Shown one piece after another: positions 60,901 to 64,000 of a stretch of 64,000 nt of DNA. The translations under genes were made by a program, and so were the position numbers. This stretch comes from Malacoraja senta. Its lineage: Eukaryota. The notes under the pieces were generated by a model. That model saw only the letters and a list, made by a program, of their open reading frames with translations. It did no database searches and had not been told where the DNA came from. The DNA is taken from positions 496,001 to 560,000 of the forward strand of contig JAXLNO010001166.1 in the NCBI GenBank assembly GCA_038087875.1, written 5' to 3'. Every line of letters starts with the position of its first letter. Position 1 is the stretch's first letter.

Positions 60901-61299
60901 AACCAGTCAGCAGAAAGTCAATACATGATTGTAATCGATCTGAAGATAGACACAAAAAGCTGGAGTAACTCAGCAGGACAGGCAGCATCTCTGGAGAGAA
61001 GGAATGGGTGACGTTTCGGGTTGAGACCCTTCTTCAATTCTTCTCTCCAGAGATGCTGCCTGCCCCGCTGAGTTACTCCAGCTTTTTTGTGTCTATCTTC
61101 AGTTTAAACCAGTATCTGCAGTTCCTTCGTACACATTACAATCGATCCATTTACAATGTATCACAGCAACTGGAGAAAGAATCTTATCCTTTAATCCCAT
61201 TTTTTCCCCTCAGTCCAACACACTGAAAACAATGGAAATTAGCTGACTGACCGGAGATGTGTTCTCCATGACTTTGCACAACTCAAGCTGTGGAAGCTC

Positions 61300-62490
61300 T
61301 ACAGAGCTGTAGATGTTGTGTACATGGATTTCAGAAAGGTATTCGAAAAGGCTCCACATGGCAGGCTGCTCTGGAAGATTTGATCACATGAGATCCAAGG
61401 AGAGATAGCTGAATGGATAGCAAATGGCTCCGTGGAAGGAAGCAGAGGGTGATGGTGGAAGGTTGCTTCACTGATTGGAGGCGTGTGACTCAGGGTTCGG
61501 TGCTGGGCCCGTTACTGTTTGTCATCTACATAATTGATTTGGATGATATAATGTGGGGCAAGATTAGCAAGGTTGCTGATGATACAAAAGGGAGTGGTTT
61601 TGCAGATAGTGAAGATGGTTGTGAACGATTGCAGGTAGACAATGGTTGTGAACGATTGCAGCAGGATCTGGATCGATTGGCCAGTGGGCTGAGGAATGGT
61701 TGATGGAATTTAATACAGAGAAGTGTGATGTGTTGCTTTTTGGGACGTCTAACACAGTAAATGGTCGGTCTCTGGGGAGTGTTAAGAGGAGAGGGATCTA
61801 GGAGTACAAGTGCAAGGTTCCTTAAAGGTCGAGTCACAGGTAGATAAGGTGGTCAAAAAGGCTTTTGGCACATTGGCCTTCATCAGTCAGCATAATGAGT
61901 ACAGAAGTTGGGAGGTCATGTTGCAGTGGTATAAGACGTTGGTGAGACCGCATTTAGAATATTGTGTTCAGTTCTGGGCACCATGTTATAGGAAGTATAT
62001 TGTCAAGCTTGAAACTGGTCAGAAAATATTTACAAGGATGTTGCCAGGACTAGAGGGTGTGAGCTACAGGGAGAGGTTGAGTAGGCTGGGTCTCTATTCC
62101 TTGGAGCGCAGGAGGATGAGGGATGATTTTGTAAGAGGTATACAAAACCATGAGAGGAATAGTTCGGGTAGATGCACAGTCTTTTGCCCAGAGTAGGGGA
62201 ATCGAGGACCAGATGACATAGTTTCAAGGTCAATGGGATAAGATTTAATAGGAATCCGAAGGGTAACGTTTTCACACAAAGTGTGGTGGGTGTATGGAAC
62301 AAGCTCCCAGAGGAGGTAATTGAGGCAGGGACTATCACCTCGTTTAAGAAACAGTTAGACATGTACATTAATATGACAGGTTTGGAGGGATATGGACCAA
62401 AGGCAGGCAGGTGGGACTAGTGTAGCTGGGACATGTTGGCCGGTGTGGATTAGTTGGGCCGAAGGGCCTGTTCCCAAACTGTATCACTCT
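61300..62490 (+). mobile_element. CR1 RT 3' half with tail
   Basis: QGSVLGPLLFVIYI, KVADDTK, LVRPHLEYCVQFWAP, LGLYSLERRRMR. Confidence 0.88.
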
Positions 62491-63065
62491 ATGACTCCAT
62501 AACTAAAAGTCATGGAAGGAAGGAGATAAGTTTCATTGGAGATGGGTTGTATGATGTGAAAGTGTTCATCGAATGTAAAATTTCTGTTTGCATTCGACTA
62601 GGTCAGTTTATCTTGGCATTACATTCAGCATATACATTGTGGGCCAAAGGGTGAGTTCCTGACCTGTAATATTCTGTATATGATAGACTACAAAGCACAC
62701 ATTCACCCTGCCTCTGTTCCTGTACCTCTTCTGACTGATCTGTTGGGCTGAAACTCCAGCCCCAACCTCTTACACAATGTGAGACTTGTGGAATGACAAA
62801 TACATTTCCATCACTTAGTGACTGGAGCACCTCAGGCACTGGGCCAAGTGTTTGCTGATAAACTGTCCACTATTGCCTGGGGTCTTGAGTGAACAAGGAA
62901 CTCTTTCAATACCTTCTCAACTATCTAAAAGATCAGGTAACAGGGTGGAACGTAATTAATTCAATTTGAAGTTCATATTTATGTTATAAAATTAGATATG
63001 ATAAATATAGATTAATTGCATAAATGTATCTGTCATTGATAAACTTGATCTGTTCACACCAATTT

Positions 63066-63210
63066 GAATCACATGCTCCGTTCAAAATTCCTCCATTCAC
63101 ACCATTCTGAATCACATACCCCATTCAAAAATGCACCCACCAACACCATTCTGAAGCTTATACCCATTCAAAAAATTATCCATTCACACAATACTGATTC
63201 ACATACCAAA
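63066..63210 (+). repeat. Degenerate ~44-bp minisatellite, about 3.3 units
   Basis: tgaatcacatgctccgttcaaaa...cacaccattc / tgaatcacataccccattcaaaa...aacaccattc / tgaagcttataccccattcaaaa...cacacaatac / tgattcacatacc. Confidence 0.75.
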
Positions 63211-64000
63211 TGTGTAGGAAGGAACTGCAGATGCCAGTTTACACGGGAGACAGACACAAAATGCTGGAGTAACTCACAGGCAGCATCTCTGGAGAGAAGG
63301 AATGGGTGAAATTGTGGGTCGAGATCCTACTTCAGACCAAGATGTGTTCAGATCCAATAGACTACTTTTAAATTCTGTGCATTCACATTTCCATCCAAAT
63401 CCCACTGACTCACATTTCAGTCAACATCTCCATTCTCATTGACATGCGATTTACACATAGGCCATGATGATTTTTCCCCAAAGGATCTCAACCCAAAACA
63501 TCACCCATTCCTTCCATCCAGAGATGCTGCCTGTGCCTCTGAGTTACTACGACATTTTGTGTCTATCTTCGGCTTAAACCAGCATCTGCAGTTCCTTTGT
63601 TTACATTAAGAATTCCTTGGACTTGTTTAGCATGGTTTGAACTCATTGTTTGAAAGCAGAATTCATTAACATTGTCCAATAGGGAGTGTGAGTATTTCTT
63701 TAAGTAAATGCCACAATTTGTTTGCTTTTCCTTGTGAAAGGCTGTGTTTGGTATTGGGTTTCCTGAATTCAACTGTAATCAATATCAGACTGACAGACAA
63801 AAAGCCTTGATCTCACCATTAACTATAGAGTAGCATGCAGTCTAGTTCAGGCTAGGCTGTGATGTCTCCCAGTAAATGGAAATAGCTCTCAAACATACCA
63901 TGTGCAAACTGATCCTCAAAGTTCGGTCGTGTGAGAAAGGTATTGTAGAGTGTGTGTCTACTTACAGCTAAAGCACAACAAGAGGTCAGTGCACTTGTAT

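Noticed and set aside
26-63772. The many short ORFs (60-200 aa) in the six-frame track
   Set aside because: Most are alternative or antisense frames of CR1, Rex, Penelope, SINE or microsatellite sequence. The rest show no recognisable domain or splice context.
63960-64000. Minus-strand gtaagt donor at the window edge
   Set aside because: Too little upstream sequence to evaluate.

Overview
This is a repeat-dense vertebrate genomic window with two assembly gaps (N at 10570-10864 and 14542-14741). The repeat set (CR1, L1, Rex/Babar, L2, Penelope-like, DIRS, HE1/V-SINE-like) and gene style suggest a cartilaginous fish, probably a skate or ray (inference). Host-gene content is sparse. It consists of a GPR139/142-like GPCR pseudogene (9440-10349, -) and scattered MHC class I-like parts that the ORF track mostly misses: an SXY-like promoter and leader exon (~44.8-44.9 kb, -), an open but divergent alpha1 exon (31165-31425, -), an alpha3 exon with a nonsense codon on the opposite strand (20350-20622, +), and a possible decayed alpha2. 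The standout items are: (i) an uninterrupted 978-codon DDE transposase-like ORF (14840-17776) with Kolobok-like termini; (ii) the disjointed non-classical MHC class I-like locus; (iii) many Penelope-derived repeats carrying minimal hammerhead-ribozyme cores, some in tandem and some back-to-back in palindromes; and (iv) several perfect hairpins. All calls come from reading the sequence by eye with no database searches, and repeat boundaries are approximate.
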